Shown here: piece by piece, positions 42,240-51,966 of the stretch | How positions within the stretch are numbered: position 1 is the stretch's first letter | Layout of the letters: the number at the start of each line of letters is the position of its first letter | Virus record (IMG/VR): IMGVR_UViG_3300037010_001573 | Span: 1-64,000 of that record | DNA: 64,000 nt | Reading direction: 5' to 3' (one strand) | Source of the DNA: a virus | Lineage: Duplodnaviria > Heunggongvirae > Uroviricota > Caudoviricetes | Notes under the pieces: model-generated | Databases searched by the model: none | What the model was told of the DNA's origin: nothing | What the model saw: only the letters and a program-made list of their open reading frames with translations | Position numbers and translations under genes: made by a program

Positions 42240-42313
42240 AGCTTCTTGACAGGATCGAACTGTCTCTATTCCTGGTTACAAATCAGGTGCACCACCATTC
42301 GTGCGTAAGAAGC
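42240..42313 (-). tRNA. tRNA-Thr (TGT)
   Basis: acceptor GCTTCTT/AAGAAGC, anticodon loop TTTGTAA, T-arm GACAGTTCGATCCTGTC. Confidence 0.7.
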
Positions 42314-42393
42314 ATATAGATTACAGCCGGTTTTCATATCCGTTCTGTAGAAACCTAATTCTACTGCTTTGCTATAAGCTAACTGTAATTTTG

Positions 42394-42466
42394 TACCCCA
42401 GGAGGGATTCGAACCCTCAAAATCTTGATCCTAAGTCAAGCGCGTATACCGTTCCACCACCGGGGT
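42394..42466 (-). tRNA. tRNA-Leu (TAG)-like with short variable loop
   Basis: anticodon stem CTTGA/TCAAG, loop CTTAGGA, T-arm GAGGGTTCGAATCCCTC. Confidence 0.4.
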
Positions 42467-42809
42467 ATTTAATTAATATAATTAATAGGAATTGGTTTAC
42501 CTATTATATCCAATTTTCAAAAGCATCCTAAGGTACTTACTCCAAGTTAAATAAGGAAACATGTTCTTGTTTCTAAATCCGATCCCGCTCTTTATTAATC
42601 AAGTGTAGCACTACATTACGACCGCTTAGTCTATAACGGGAAAAATGATACGCCTGCTAGTGACAATTATATTAATTTTATTTTATCCAATATATCAATG
42701 AACTCATTTTTCTTTCTTTTATAAAGATAATAATAATCTTTTAGGTAACCAAATCTTTTTTAATTGATTTTACAAATAAATATACCTTTTAACATTTTTA
42801 TATTTTTGA

Positions 42810-42879
42810 AGCTTGTGTAAGAATCGAACTTACTCTATTGGGGTTGCAATCCAACCGGCCTCCAAGACCAAACAAGCCA
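42810..42879 (-). tRNA. tRNA, anticodon unresolved (possibly TGC)
   Basis: acceptor GGCTTGT/ACAAGCT, T-arm GTAAGTTCGATTCTTAC; 70 nt. Confidence 0.35.
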
Positions 42880-43267
42880 TATCTAAGAGTGTATTCGTCC
42901 ATTTCTACTACCGAGCCAGTTTCAGCTAGCTCAGGTGGGAGTCGAACCCATATTCTCTCTTATATTTTCACCTAGCCTGACCTTCCAGACAGTACGTGTC
43001 GTCGATCGTGCGTTACGTAGTAGGTGTTTTATTTTACCATTTCCTGTAATCCTTTAACAACTTCCTTATTAAATTCTACTGCAAAGTCTCTTTCTACTAT
43101 GTTTATAAGTGCTTGTTGAGCATCTAACTTACCTTCACTAGTAGCCATTTCAATACAATCATCATCTGTTTTTTCTCCCCAAAACAACATATGTTTTAGT
43201 AAATCGTTTCCGTCTATATTAATTTTCATATCTTAATTTCTTATACTTAAATATACGAACTTTATTT

Positions 43268-43957
43268 CTAATATCCAAATATTTTATTAGATTTTTTTAA
43301 ATTATCTTTTTTCCATAGAGGTTGATAATTACTATAATGATTTAGCCTTATTATATCTTCCTCAGTTTGAGCTGAGGAGATTGGCATTTTATGATCCAAT
43401 TCCCATTGACCGTAGTTATGAATAGTCATACCTTCTTGAAAGAGGTTCTGAATATGTTCAGTGAATTCTAACAAAATACATCCTAATATTTCTTCAGTTC
43501 CTATACTTTTCCTATAAGTACCGTTGCAGCTTCTTTTAAATGAACCTCTTATTAAACTTCTAGTATTACATATAAGTTTATAAATTGGATCTACCTCTTT
43601 CCTACTTTTATGATATTGGTTATAGTATTCAGGATTTCTTTCAACCCATTTACTTTTCTTTTCTCTAGGCTTTTTAATAACCTCTTTTTTAGGTCTAGGA
43701 TGAGTTTTATAATATTCAATATGGTAGGCTTTTACTTGTTCTTTATTTTGTTGATACCTATTTTTATCATACTCTTTTTGCCTGTCCCTATTAGCATCTC
43801 TATAATTTTCTCCATATTTTTGTAGAGACTCTTTATTGTCTTCTTTCCATTTTGCAGTTTCTATTTTTCTACAAGCTCTACAGGTATAGTCATAGTTATT
43901 AAATACAGATTTTGATATATTAATTCCTACTTCTAACTCTACTTTACACTTTATACA
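43268..43957 (-). pseudogene. HNH endonuclease with an in-frame TAA at codon 3 and no other start
   Basis: ATG AAA TAA then an open frame CIKCKVELE...YTCRAC (zinc ribbon) ... WELDHKMPIS...NYQPLW...N..K (HNH) with no further stops. Confidence 0.5.
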
Positions 43958-44103
43958 TTATTTCATATTAAAATAAAAGGAGAAATTAAAGGTAACACAT
44001 GGTACGTGTTAAGCTCTAAAATCTCCTATAATGCTTTTATTGAACATTACCATTGTTCATTTAATATAAATATCACAAAATATAGGAAACCTTAATATAT
44101 TCT

Positions 44104-44610
44104 TTAAAAGAATAGGAATTTTTCCCACTCTATAGGTACATAGTTTAAGGTTTTTAAGAGCATCAAGTAGTGAGGTCTTTTTGGTTCTACTATTTCTTTA
44201 CCATATTCCTCAAGTGTTAAATCTGCTTTTTGTGAATTGCAACTTCTACAAGCTGTTACCAAATTATCCCATGTATCTTTTCCTCCTTTTGATTGAGGTA
44301 TAACATGATCTAATGTTAGAAATTTTTGATTACTACTTCCACAATAAACACATTCAAAATTATCACGTCTGTATACGTTTTCTCTTGTTAGAGGAACTTT
44401 TTGAATATTTTGTTTTACATATTTAAAAACTCTAATAATAGAAGGTTTAAATATTTGTAATTCAGGATTTACCAAACCAAACGTTTCGGGGTGATCTGCT
44501 ACAACCTCAGCATTGCCTTTATATGAAATCACGAATGCTCTTTCAGTACTGATGATGCTCCTCGCCATAAAGCTAGAATCCACTACTAATGTTTTCTGAT
44601 ATTTACCCAT
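44104..44610 (-). CDS. HNH endonuclease
   Basis: CVYCGSSNQ...LTLDHVIPQSKGGKDTWDNLVTACRSCNSQK. Confidence 0.7.
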   Translation of the reverse strand: MGKYQKTLVVDSSFMARSIISTERAFVISYKGNAEVVADHPETFGLVNPELQIFKPSIIRVFKYVKQNIQKVPLTRENVYRRDNFECVYCGSSNQKFLTLDHVIPQSKGGKDTWDNLVTACRSCNSQKADLTLEEYGKEIVEPKRPHYLMLLKTLNYVPIEWEKFLFF

Positions 44611-44614
44611 GATA

Positions 44615-45010
44615 ACTTATTTTAAATGAAACCATTTATTTTTTATGTTGAAAACAATCCTTATAAAACTCAGGAATGTTTTTCTTTAACCAACTCATAG
44701 CAGCATATAAAGTTAAACCTAAATGTTTTCCTAATTTAACCCCCCAACCACTAGAACCAAAATCTATGTTTGACTCTTTTATATCTTGTATTCTTTTTTC
44801 AAAAATCTCTTTATGAGAGGTTTTATACCTAGGTGATTTTGGTTCAATTTGAGGTAAATTATAAAACGAATCTAAATCATTTACTTTAATAAGTTTGTGA
44901 ACCCTTTTATAGTTTCCTCCAGAATTTGATAGATTTAAATTTATTAATACTTGATTTATATTAATACAATTTTTTAATTGTTCTAGTATTTCATCATCTG
45001 TTATTTGTTT
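44615..45010 (-). pseudogene. remnant of the 46957-type homing endonuclease lacking the HNH core
   Basis: translation LNLSNSGGNYKRVHKLIKVNDLDSFY...NIDFGSSGWGVKLGKHLGL fuses the family N- and C-domains with no HNH between them. Confidence 0.4.
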
Positions 45011-45068
45011 TTTTATTATTATATTTTTCTAAATATACGAACTTCTAGTTTTATTAGTAGTTTTAATT

Positions 45069-45142
45069 GTAGTCTTAGAGAGACTCGAACTCCCACATCT
45101 CTTGATCCGTATTCAAGTGTTTTTCCAATTAAACTATAAGAC
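45069..45142 (-). tRNA. tRNA-Arg (ACG)
   Basis: acceptor GGTCTTA/TAAGACT, D-stem GTTT/AAAC, anticodon stem CTTGA/TCAAG with loop ATACGGA. Confidence 0.65.
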
Positions 45143-45147
45143 CCATT

Positions 45148-45252
45148 AAAATTAAAGGCAGGATTCGAACCTGCAAGGTATAACCACTAAAACGTGGAGA
45201 TGGAGGTTAATTCCTCTTTTACAATACCAACCTGTGAGTGTTTACCAATTCC
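45148..45252 (-). tRNA. tRNA-like element with paired ends ATTAAAG/CTTTAAT, too long (105 nt), unresolved
   Basis: T-arm GCAGGTTCGAATCCTGC; contains AGTGGT motifs. Confidence 0.25.
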
Positions 45253-45256
45253 ACCA

Positions 45257-45336
45257 CTTTAATTTTGTATCCCTGACAGGAGTCGAACCTGCAAGCCTAA
45301 GCATTTGGGCTTAAACCAAACGTGTTTTCCATTTCA
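45257..45336 (-). tRNA. tRNA-Leu (TAA), type II
   Basis: acceptor ATCCCTG/CAGGGAT, anticodon stem TTTGG/CCAAA with loop TTTAAGC, extended variable arm. Confidence 0.55.
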
Positions 45337-45432
45337 CCACAGGGATGTTTAAGGTGAGAAACCTTTATGTTGTGATAATTTCAACTATTATCCTTCATAC
45401 TTCTTCCTTTCTCAAGGGAACAACACATTTGG

Positions 45433-45505
45433 GTGTAAGACGGGGATCGAACCCGCAATCGCTTGGACCACAACCAAGTGCTTTACCATTCAGCTACGAA
45501 CACCA
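45433..45505 (-). tRNA. tRNA-His (GTG) with G-1:C73
   Basis: anticodon stem CTTGG/CCAAG with loop TTGTGGT; 8-bp acceptor with extra 5' G. Confidence 0.55.
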
Positions 45506-45562
45506 TGTAACGATTTATAAGGTCAAATCGTAAACCAGGACCTTCTCCCTTGGGAGATGCAG

Positions 45563-45631
45563 TACCGAGTGTTGGATTCGAACCAACCTAAGGGCGGATA
45601 TGAGCCATCCTTGATCCCAAGCTCCCTCGAT
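45563..45631 (-). tRNA. tRNA-like with CAT anticodon and extended anticodon stem
   Basis: loop CTCATAT, T-arm GTTGGTTCGAATCCAAC. Confidence 0.3.
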
Positions 45632-45759
45632 AGTATGATAAGAACCCGGAAAACTTATCGGTGTGCTTATGATTTTAAAGTGTCTTACCACAGGGCTCCG
45701 AACGCACATTCTACTCTTGTATTGCTTAGATACATTATGAGGACGGGGAACAGGTTTTG

Positions 45760-45844
45760 TAGAGAGAGGAGGTATCGAACCCCATGCGAATAAACGCACA
45801 CACTGTTTAGCAAACAGGTCTAACACCTAGTTAGTACACTCTCC
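45760..45844 (-). tRNA. tRNA-Ser (GCT), type II
   Basis: D-stem CTAA/TTAG, anticodon loop TTGCTAA, long variable arm, T-loop TTCGATA. Confidence 0.55.
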
Positions 45845-45944
45845 ATATAAATTAAATTATGAAGTTGGACTTTACAGCAAGTTCGACATATTAGCCGGAC
45901 CATCATGCCAGCGTTCTTATCCTTAGTCTACTTAATTTAATTTG

Positions 45945-46019
45945 TACTCATAGCTGGATTTGAACCAGCGACTTTCATCTTATCAGGATGCTTATCTACC
46001 GGGCTGATATATATGAGTA
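45945..46019 (-). tRNA. tRNA-Ile (GAT)
   Basis: acceptor ACTCATA/TATGAGT, D-stem TATC/GATA, anticodon loop CTGATAA. Confidence 0.7.
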
Positions 46020-46085
46020 TTTATTACTAAAGCAGGTAGTCCTCCTGCTAATATTTTATTACGGTCGTCATTTCCTGACACCAGG

Positions 46086-46691
46086 TCACTTTTTATTTAT
46101 TTTAGTAATTTCTTTTAATCTGAAATGTTCTTCTCTATGACAATTAGCACATAATAATAAACATTTGTCTGCTTCTAACTTCATCCTATCAAATGAATAG
46201 GAGTGGGAACTTATATTGAAATCTTTTTTAGTTGGATCTTTATGATGAAATTCTAAAGCATTATTACATTTGCTGTATCCACAAAATTCACATTTCCCTC
46301 CTTTATAACCTATCAAAATTTCTTTCTTTTCCTTCTTCCAATTTATTACAGCTAAACTTTTATTTCTACTATCATTTATTTTGGTAAAATTTCCATATAA
46401 ACCTTCTTTTTCTAATAAATTCCTTAATGTCCATTTACTGAATTCATTAAATTTTAGAGAGGTTAAATGAAGGTTTCCATTATTTGTTTTATAGAAATCT
46501 AATATATTAGCAACGATATTATCAGTAAAATCTCTTTTATATTTATTTTGTAAAATCTCTTCAGTATTTTTTAAATGATAACCTACTGTTCCTTTCCCTA
46601 AATTTAGAGATCTACATATTTCAGGAATATTCATTCCACTTTTTTTCAAATATCTAACTTTTTGTTTTGTTGATAATTCTTTACATTCCAT
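46086..46691 (-). CDS. HNH endonuclease
   Basis: CEFCGY...LEFHHKDPTKK...LLCANCH. Confidence 0.65.
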   Translation of the reverse strand: MECKELSTKQKVRYLKKSGMNIPEICRSLNLGKGTVGYHLKNTEEILQNKYKRDFTDNIVANILDFYKTNNGNLHLTSLKFNEFSKWTLRNLLEKEGLYGNFTKINDSRNKSLAVINWKKEKKEILIGYKGGKCEFCGYSKCNNALEFHHKDPTKKDFNISSHSYSFDRMKLEADKCLLLCANCHREEHFRLKEITKINKK

Positions 46692-46748
46692 AATATTATT
46701 TATATATAAATATATCGAACTATCCTAAAAATTAAGGAAAAGATTAAG

Positions 46749-46820
46749 CTGCTCCCCAGAGAATCGAACTCTGATAATTTGATTAACAGTCAAACGTAAT
46801 AGCCTTTATACGAGAGAGCA
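46749..46820 (-). tRNA. tRNA-Asn (GTT)
   Basis: acceptor TGCTCTC/GGGAGCA, anticodon stem TTTGA/TCAAA with loop CTGTTAA. Confidence 0.65.
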
Positions 46821-46956
46821 ATTTTATTTGTCTTTCCAAATTGTCAACCAGAGCTACAGTGAACGTCTTCTATGTATTATTTTCATAGTTGGGTTTCTCG
46901 TGGGGACTCTCGGTTACGATCCGAGCTCTTTGGTACTTCCCGCTCTACCATTGGAG

Positions 46957-47634
46957 CTATAGGTACATTTTGTTTTGTGTTAATAGATGAGGATAATTTT
47001 GTTTAACTAATTTTAAACTCCATTGAGGTGATTTATTTAGTAATTTAGCAACTTTAACCCCCCATTTACCTTTTGAAAAATCTATATTTGATTTTAATAT
47101 ATTTTCTACATTATCAAATTCAATTTTTTCTTTTATTTGTTTTTCTATTTTTTTTCTTTTATTTAAACTATTTCCTCTATTTCTTCCAGAAAATGTATTA
47201 GTTTGTGAATGACAATTAGGACAAATAATTCTTAAATTATATATATTATTATTTAAACTATTTCCATCAATATGATCTAATTGTAAATTTATTAATTTCC
47301 CATTCCATTCATTTTTTAACCCACAACATTCACAAGAATCTTTTTTAATATTTTCTTTAATAAGTATATTTTTTATATGAGTATTACTCATTATTTTCTT
47401 ATTATTTAATTTAAAAATATCTTCAAATAAATATTTTCGTCCTTGTGATGGGTTCAATCGTTTACAAAATTCAGATCTTGATATAAAATGAGAAGTATCT
47501 AAATTATGTTTTATAATTTCTCTTTTTAATTTATTGTAATTACCACCACTTGTGTTAAAACCTAAATATTGTAAAACTCCTGCTTTTGATTCACTATTTT
47601 TTATAGCAAATTCTAATGTTTTTTTGTCCCACAT
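46957..47634 (-). CDS. HNH homing endonuclease (intact member of the family with NxSGGNY N-domain and NIDFSKGKWG C-domain)
   Basis: CECCGL...LDHIDGNSLNN...ICPNCH. Confidence 0.65.
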   Translation of the reverse strand: MWDKKTLEFAIKNSESKAGVLQYLGFNTSGGNYNKLKREIIKHNLDTSHFISRSEFCKRLNPSQGRKYLFEDIFKLNNKKIMSNTHIKNILIKENIKKDSCECCGLKNEWNGKLINLQLDHIDGNSLNNNIYNLRIICPNCHSQTNTFSGRNRGNSLNKRKKIEKQIKEKIEFDNVENILKSNIDFSKGKWGVKVAKLLNKSPQWSLKLVKQNYPHLLTQNKMYL

Positions 47635-47714
47635 AATATTATATTTATAATAAATACATGGAAATGAACTAAAAATGTAACTTCCTTAAAAAGAAATACT
47701 ATCACGTTCATTTG

Positions 47715-47788
47715 TGGAAACGGTAGGATTTGAACCTACGACCCTTTCCTCTTCAGGGAACCACTCTACCAAACTGAGTTACGAATCC
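47715..47788 (-). tRNA. tRNA-Phe (GAA)
   Basis: D-arm ACTC/GAGT, anticodon loop CTGAAGA, T-arm GTAGGTTCAAATCCTAC. Confidence 0.6.
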
Positions 47789-47832
47789 AATTTCTAGATT
47801 TTAATTATTCCCTGATCTAGAACAGGCCTATG

Positions 47833-48111
47833 TTATTTTCTAGAGTATTTTTTAACATCTTCTTTAGTACGCCCAAACCAATGTTTTGGTTCTTCATCAC
47901 CCCAATAAGGACGAGATTCTTGAATTAACCACCACCAATCACAATAATCATAATCATTGCGTATTTCTTTTGGGTGTTTAAAGTTAAAATCTTCATTCCA
48001 AAATGTACAACTCTTAATCTGTTGTTTCCATATTCTACGAATAGGACTCCAATACTCTCTTGTTGTCATTCCCTTATCTTTAATATAAGGTTTTTTTCTA
48101 CTTTTTGACAT
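47833..48111 (-). CDS. hypothetical protein
   Basis: ORF track. Confidence 0.4.
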   Translation of the reverse strand: MSKSRKKPYIKDKGMTTREYWSPIRRIWKQQIKSCTFWNEDFNFKHPKEIRNDYDYCDWWWLIQESRPYWGDEEPKHWFGRTKEDVKKYSRK

Positions 48112-48172
48112 TTTTCTAAGTTATATAATATTACTTAGAAGACCGAATGTTTCATACTAACAAATTTATTTG

Positions 48173-48253
48173 TGGGTAACAGTGGACTCGAACCACTCCC
48201 GTGAGGACCTGTTTTACAGACAGGCTGCCGTATCCGAACGACTTTTGCGACCC
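48173..48253 (-). tRNA. tRNA-Tyr (GTA), type II
   Basis: anticodon stem CCTGT/ACAGG with loop CTGTAAA, variable hairpin CTCACGGGAG. Confidence 0.55.
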
Positions 48254-48294
48254 AATTACACTTCCTTCTTGGAGTATAGTGTGAACTCATCTTG

Positions 48295-48365
48295 TACCTC
48301 GTAGTGGAATCGAACCACTGCCAATTGCATGTAAAACAATTACGCTTCCATTACGCCAACGAGGT
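48295..48365 (-). tRNA. tRNA-Val (TAC)
   Basis: acceptor ACCTCGT/ACGAGGT, anticodon loop TTTACAT. Confidence 0.65.
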
Positions 48366-48416
48366 ATGACGGTATCGGTATTTTTTAGTAGGTCCTATAC
48401 CATGTAACTACTATTG

Positions 48417-48487
48417 TACCCCTCTCAGGTAATGATCCTGATTCCCGATATTAAAAGTATCGTGCTTCACCTTAAAGCTTGAAGGGC
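48417..48487 (-). tRNA. tRNA-Lys (TTT) with non-canonical T-loop ATCATTA
   Basis: D-stem GCTT/AAGC, anticodon stem CGATA/TATCG with loop CTTTTAA. Confidence 0.55.
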
Positions 48488-48541
48488 AAAATCTAATTCT
48501 ACGCTCGACGTTCTTGGCCTCTATGAATTAGTAACAGTCTT

Positions 48542-48616
48542 TGGTCGGGTAGACAAGAGTTGCACTTGCCTCCTCTCGCGTCCAAGGCGAGCTTCTCACT
48601 CCGAGAATACTACCCG
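48542..48616 (-). tRNA. tRNA-Pro (TGG) with genomically encoded CCA and T-loop TGCAACT
   Basis: acceptor CGGGTAG/CTACCCG, D-stem TTCT/AGAA, anticodon stem CTCGC/GCGAG with loop CTTGGAC. Confidence 0.65.
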
Positions 48617-48624
48617 TTTAAATA

Positions 48625-49069
48625 TTCCTTTAATTCTATATTTTTATTTCTTTCTAAAAAATGAAAATCTCTATGACAATTAGAACATAATAAAATACAT
48701 TTACTGGCTTCATTATATGCTTTTTTTTATTGCATTTTCCCCGAATCCACTATAACTTAAAATATCTCCTATTATTGCTTCTTTTTCATTTTTATCTTTA
48801 TGGTGAAAATCTAACAAATGTTCTCTACTTTCAGAACATTTTTTACATTTACCCCCTAATGATAATCTAATTTCTGATATTATCGTTTTTATTTTTTCGT
48901 TTTTATTTTTATTTCCTTCTTTCCATATTGAAGGGTTTTCTGTGATCCATTTCTTATCACTTACTTTTTTACATTTTTTACAATATTTTTGCATCCCATC
49001 AGGTTGAGATTTGTTTTTTGTAAATTCATATAAATTCTTTTCTATTTTACATTTGGCACATTTTTTCAT
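48625..49069 (-). CDS. small HNH endonuclease, C-terminus restored by removing one A from an A8 run (~48722-48729)
   Basis: LDFHHKDKNEK... then, after correction, KKAYNEASKCILLCSNCHRDFH. Confidence 0.45.
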
Positions 49070-49121
49070 AATATATGTTTATTACAAATATGTGTCTTAT
49101 CTAGAGACTCGAAATTATTTG

Positions 49122-49193
49122 TTACCCCTAATGGAATCGAACCAATCCCGCATGGACCAAAACCATGTGTACTAACCAATATACGAAGGGGCA
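49122..49193 (-). tRNA. tRNA-Gln (TTG)
   Basis: anticodon stem CATGG/CCATG with loop TTTTGGT, T-loop TTCGATT. Confidence 0.5.
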
Positions 49194-49201
49194 AAATGTT
49201 G

Positions 49202-49296
49202 CGGAAGATGTAGGATTCGAACCCACACGCCCTTTTAAGGACTGACTGTTTTCAAGACAGCTGTCAATACCCCGTATGCTTTTGACTTAATCTTCC
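49202..49296 (-). tRNA. tRNA-Ser (TGA), type II, unusually long D-loop
   Basis: acceptor GGAAGAT/ATCTTCC, anticodon stem GCTGT/ACAGT with loop CTTGAAA. Confidence 0.45.
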
Positions 49297-49924
49297 ATTT
49301 TTTATCCAATATGTCAATGAACCACTTTTATTTTTAAACTTTTTATAAAATTAATACCTTTCTTTTAGGTAACCAAATTTATTTTTAAAAGTTTTTAATG
49401 TTTTATTCTTTATTTTTTCAACCTTATAAAGATAATAATAATCTCTTAGGTAACCAAATCTTTTATCAAAAAAAAACCCGAATTTTTAATCCGGGTTTCT
49501 ATTAGAATTTATATATTATAACTTCTTATATTATACCCCGTCAAAATCTTGTTTCGGTTCATTATTATATGAAAATCCAAGAACTACATCCCAATTAAAA
49601 TCACCACATAATGAACCAGATACCAACTGAATGGCTCTACTAAATATCGTAGTTAAATCTTGATGTATGTTTTGAATTGTTTTCATTTTTATTTTGTGAT
49701 TATAAATATATACAGAAATATAAAAAACGATGTTCTTAAATCTTTCTTTTGTAAAAATACAAATAATTTATTAGGTAACCAAATTTTTTTAATTTTTCTT
49801 TGAAATTTTTTCTTCATATTGTTTGATACAACTACCACAACATGAAACCCCATTAGAAGCAGTACGTCTTTGACAACCACATTCTAATATTTTTTTACAA
49901 TTATCGCATTTATTATCCATTTTA

Positions 49925-50137
49925 CTAAATTACTTCAATTATACTTGAGGCACTACATGATTTAATCTCAAAATTAGTTTCACCTCGGTCAGTCAAATGT
50001 TTGGTTGTTTTAACTTCTGAATCTGTTACAGATACGGCTTCTACTAAATAATTCTCTTTTTGTGTCTTCATTTTCCCCGTTTTTTCATCTTCGGTTAAAA
50101 ACTCTACTTTAACTGTGTAAAAATTTGTTTGTGTCAT
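49925..50137 (-). CDS. hypothetical protein
   Basis: ORF track. Confidence 0.35.
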   Translation of the reverse strand: MTQTNFYTVKVEFLTEDEKTGKMKTQKENYLVEAVSVTDSEVKTTKHLTDRGETNFEIKSCSASSIIEVI

Positions 50138-50160
50138 TTGTTTATTGTTTATTGTTTATG

Positions 50161-50814
50161 TTATTTTAAATATGCTATAAATTCAGAACCTGGTTCTTTG
50201 TCTTCTTCTTTATTCCACAGCCCCAATGATTTTAAATTTTCTATTTGTTCTTGATCTAATTCCCAATCATATGTTTGAGTTGCTGCATTCATTGTATTAT
50301 CTTCTATTTGTCTCATTTGACCTTGTGTTAAAGGATCAGCGACATATAAAAAATAACAATTATAACATTGTAATTCTAAATTATTTAATATATAATTAGT
50401 TTTATTCCCGTCTTTAAAATGAAGAAGTAAAGGTGTTTTGTAATCTGTTAGTCTACGTTCATGAAAACCGCATGTGTAACATTCATCTTTTAAAAAAGCT
50501 TCTGCTATTCCCCGTTCTTTTATTTTGGTAGGAGTAAAAGATTCAAATCCTGTTCCTTCTGTAAATATTCGTTTAACATTAGGTTCTTTTCGTTTATTTG
50601 GGAGAAATTTGGGAATACCACGTCCTGATGGATTTAAATGAGCTTCAAATAAAGTCGGTGAGTCTATATCATTTTCATCTACCCTATATAATTTAGCCCA
50701 CGGTTTATAATGTTGATACGAGCAACCTAAATACCTAGCAGCCGATCTATTTGATTTAGTGCGATTCATCGCTACCAATATCATTTCTTTACTTAATGGT
50801 TTCGCTTTTGGCAT
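50161..50814 (-). CDS. HTH plus HNH-like endonuclease
   Basis: N-terminal HTH-like RSAARYLGCSYQHY; CYTCGFHE...HFKDGNKTN...LQCYNCY. Confidence 0.45.
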   Translation of the reverse strand: MPKAKPLSKEMILVAMNRTKSNRSAARYLGCSYQHYKPWAKLYRVDENDIDSPTLFEAHLNPSGRGIPKFLPNKRKEPNVKRIFTEGTGFESFTPTKIKERGIAEAFLKDECYTCGFHERRLTDYKTPLLLHFKDGNKTNYILNNLELQCYNCYFLYVADPLTQGQMRQIEDNTMNAATQTYDWELDQEQIENLKSLGLWNKEEDKEPGSEFIAYLK

Positions 50815-50815
50815 T

Positions 50816-51966
50816 TTACTTTTTTAATTCTGATTCAATTTTATCAACTAAAAACCACAAATCATCAACGTCATGTAATATAATATCTTTCCCATTAATA
50901 TCTAAAATAGGATTAATAGAACCATCCGGATTTATCCTATCATATAAATAAAATAAAATTAATTCTGTTGATTCAACACTAAAATGTAAATGAAAAAGAC
51001 TATCTATTATTCTGTAAAAAGATTCATCATATTTCGCTGTATTAAAACCATAATCTAGTTCTAACATAACACCTCGATGTATTATGTGTTCTAATAAATT
51101 TATTGTTGTTACAAAAATATTTTTTTGAATATCTTCTTTAGTCTTTTTTTTATGTTTTAGACTACTATTCGTCTTTAATATTAAGTTTATTTGTTTTTGT
51201 AACTTTTCTATATGATCTTGTTGATCCATAACTTTCTATCGATTTGATTATTTCTTGAATAACAATACATGTTTCGTATTTTTCTTGTCCCACATAATAA
51301 GATTCAGCTGCTTCCAATGCTGTTTTCCAATTTTCTTTAGATAAAGAAAGAATATTACCTGTAAGATTTAATTCTACAATATCTGCTGTTTTTTTACGAG
51401 CTCGTTGTGCTTCTTTAATACCTAATATCAAATTCATAAAGATCATGTTTTGTATCTGAGGATTATCAGGTATTTTATTAAAATCAGATTCTTGATTGAC
51501 AATTATAGATAAATTCGGTATATTTTTTCTATCCATGTTATATTTCAGGAGGTGTATTATTCTGATTAGGATTTTGTGTTCCTCCTTCTAAAATAGATTT
51601 TATTAATAATTTAATATTACTTAATCTAATTAAAAAACCAATTACATTTTCATAAGGGACATCTAAATCAACATCAACACTCATCATATGGGGTGTTAAA
51701 CCAGCATTTAATTTTGTCTTTAATTTTTGTGTTAATTCTTCTTTTTGTGTTATTGTATATCCTTTAGGCAATACAAATTGTACTTTAACTCCTTTTTTAG
51801 TTGGGTTAGGATTAACATCTACTTTTAGAAGAGGGGTATTTGGGTTACTCATTTGATTATCCTGAGATTGAGCAACATCGTTTTGTTGTATGTTGTCATT
51901 ATGGTTCTCATCAGCTTCACACAGCAACATTAATTCTTCTATTATACTTAATTTATTTTTACTCAT
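50816..51966 (-). CDS. three hypothetical genes (50816..51229, 51165..51536, 51538..51966)
   Basis: ORF track; the first two overlap by 65 nt. Confidence 0.35.

Noticed and set aside
42301-42531. Plus-strand ORFs across the tRNA array (42301..42531, 43610..43825, 45345..45533, 45557..45793, 45515..45826)
   Set aside because: They overlap minus-strand tRNA genes or the antisense of an HNH gene; none has a promoter or RBS context, so they are spurious.
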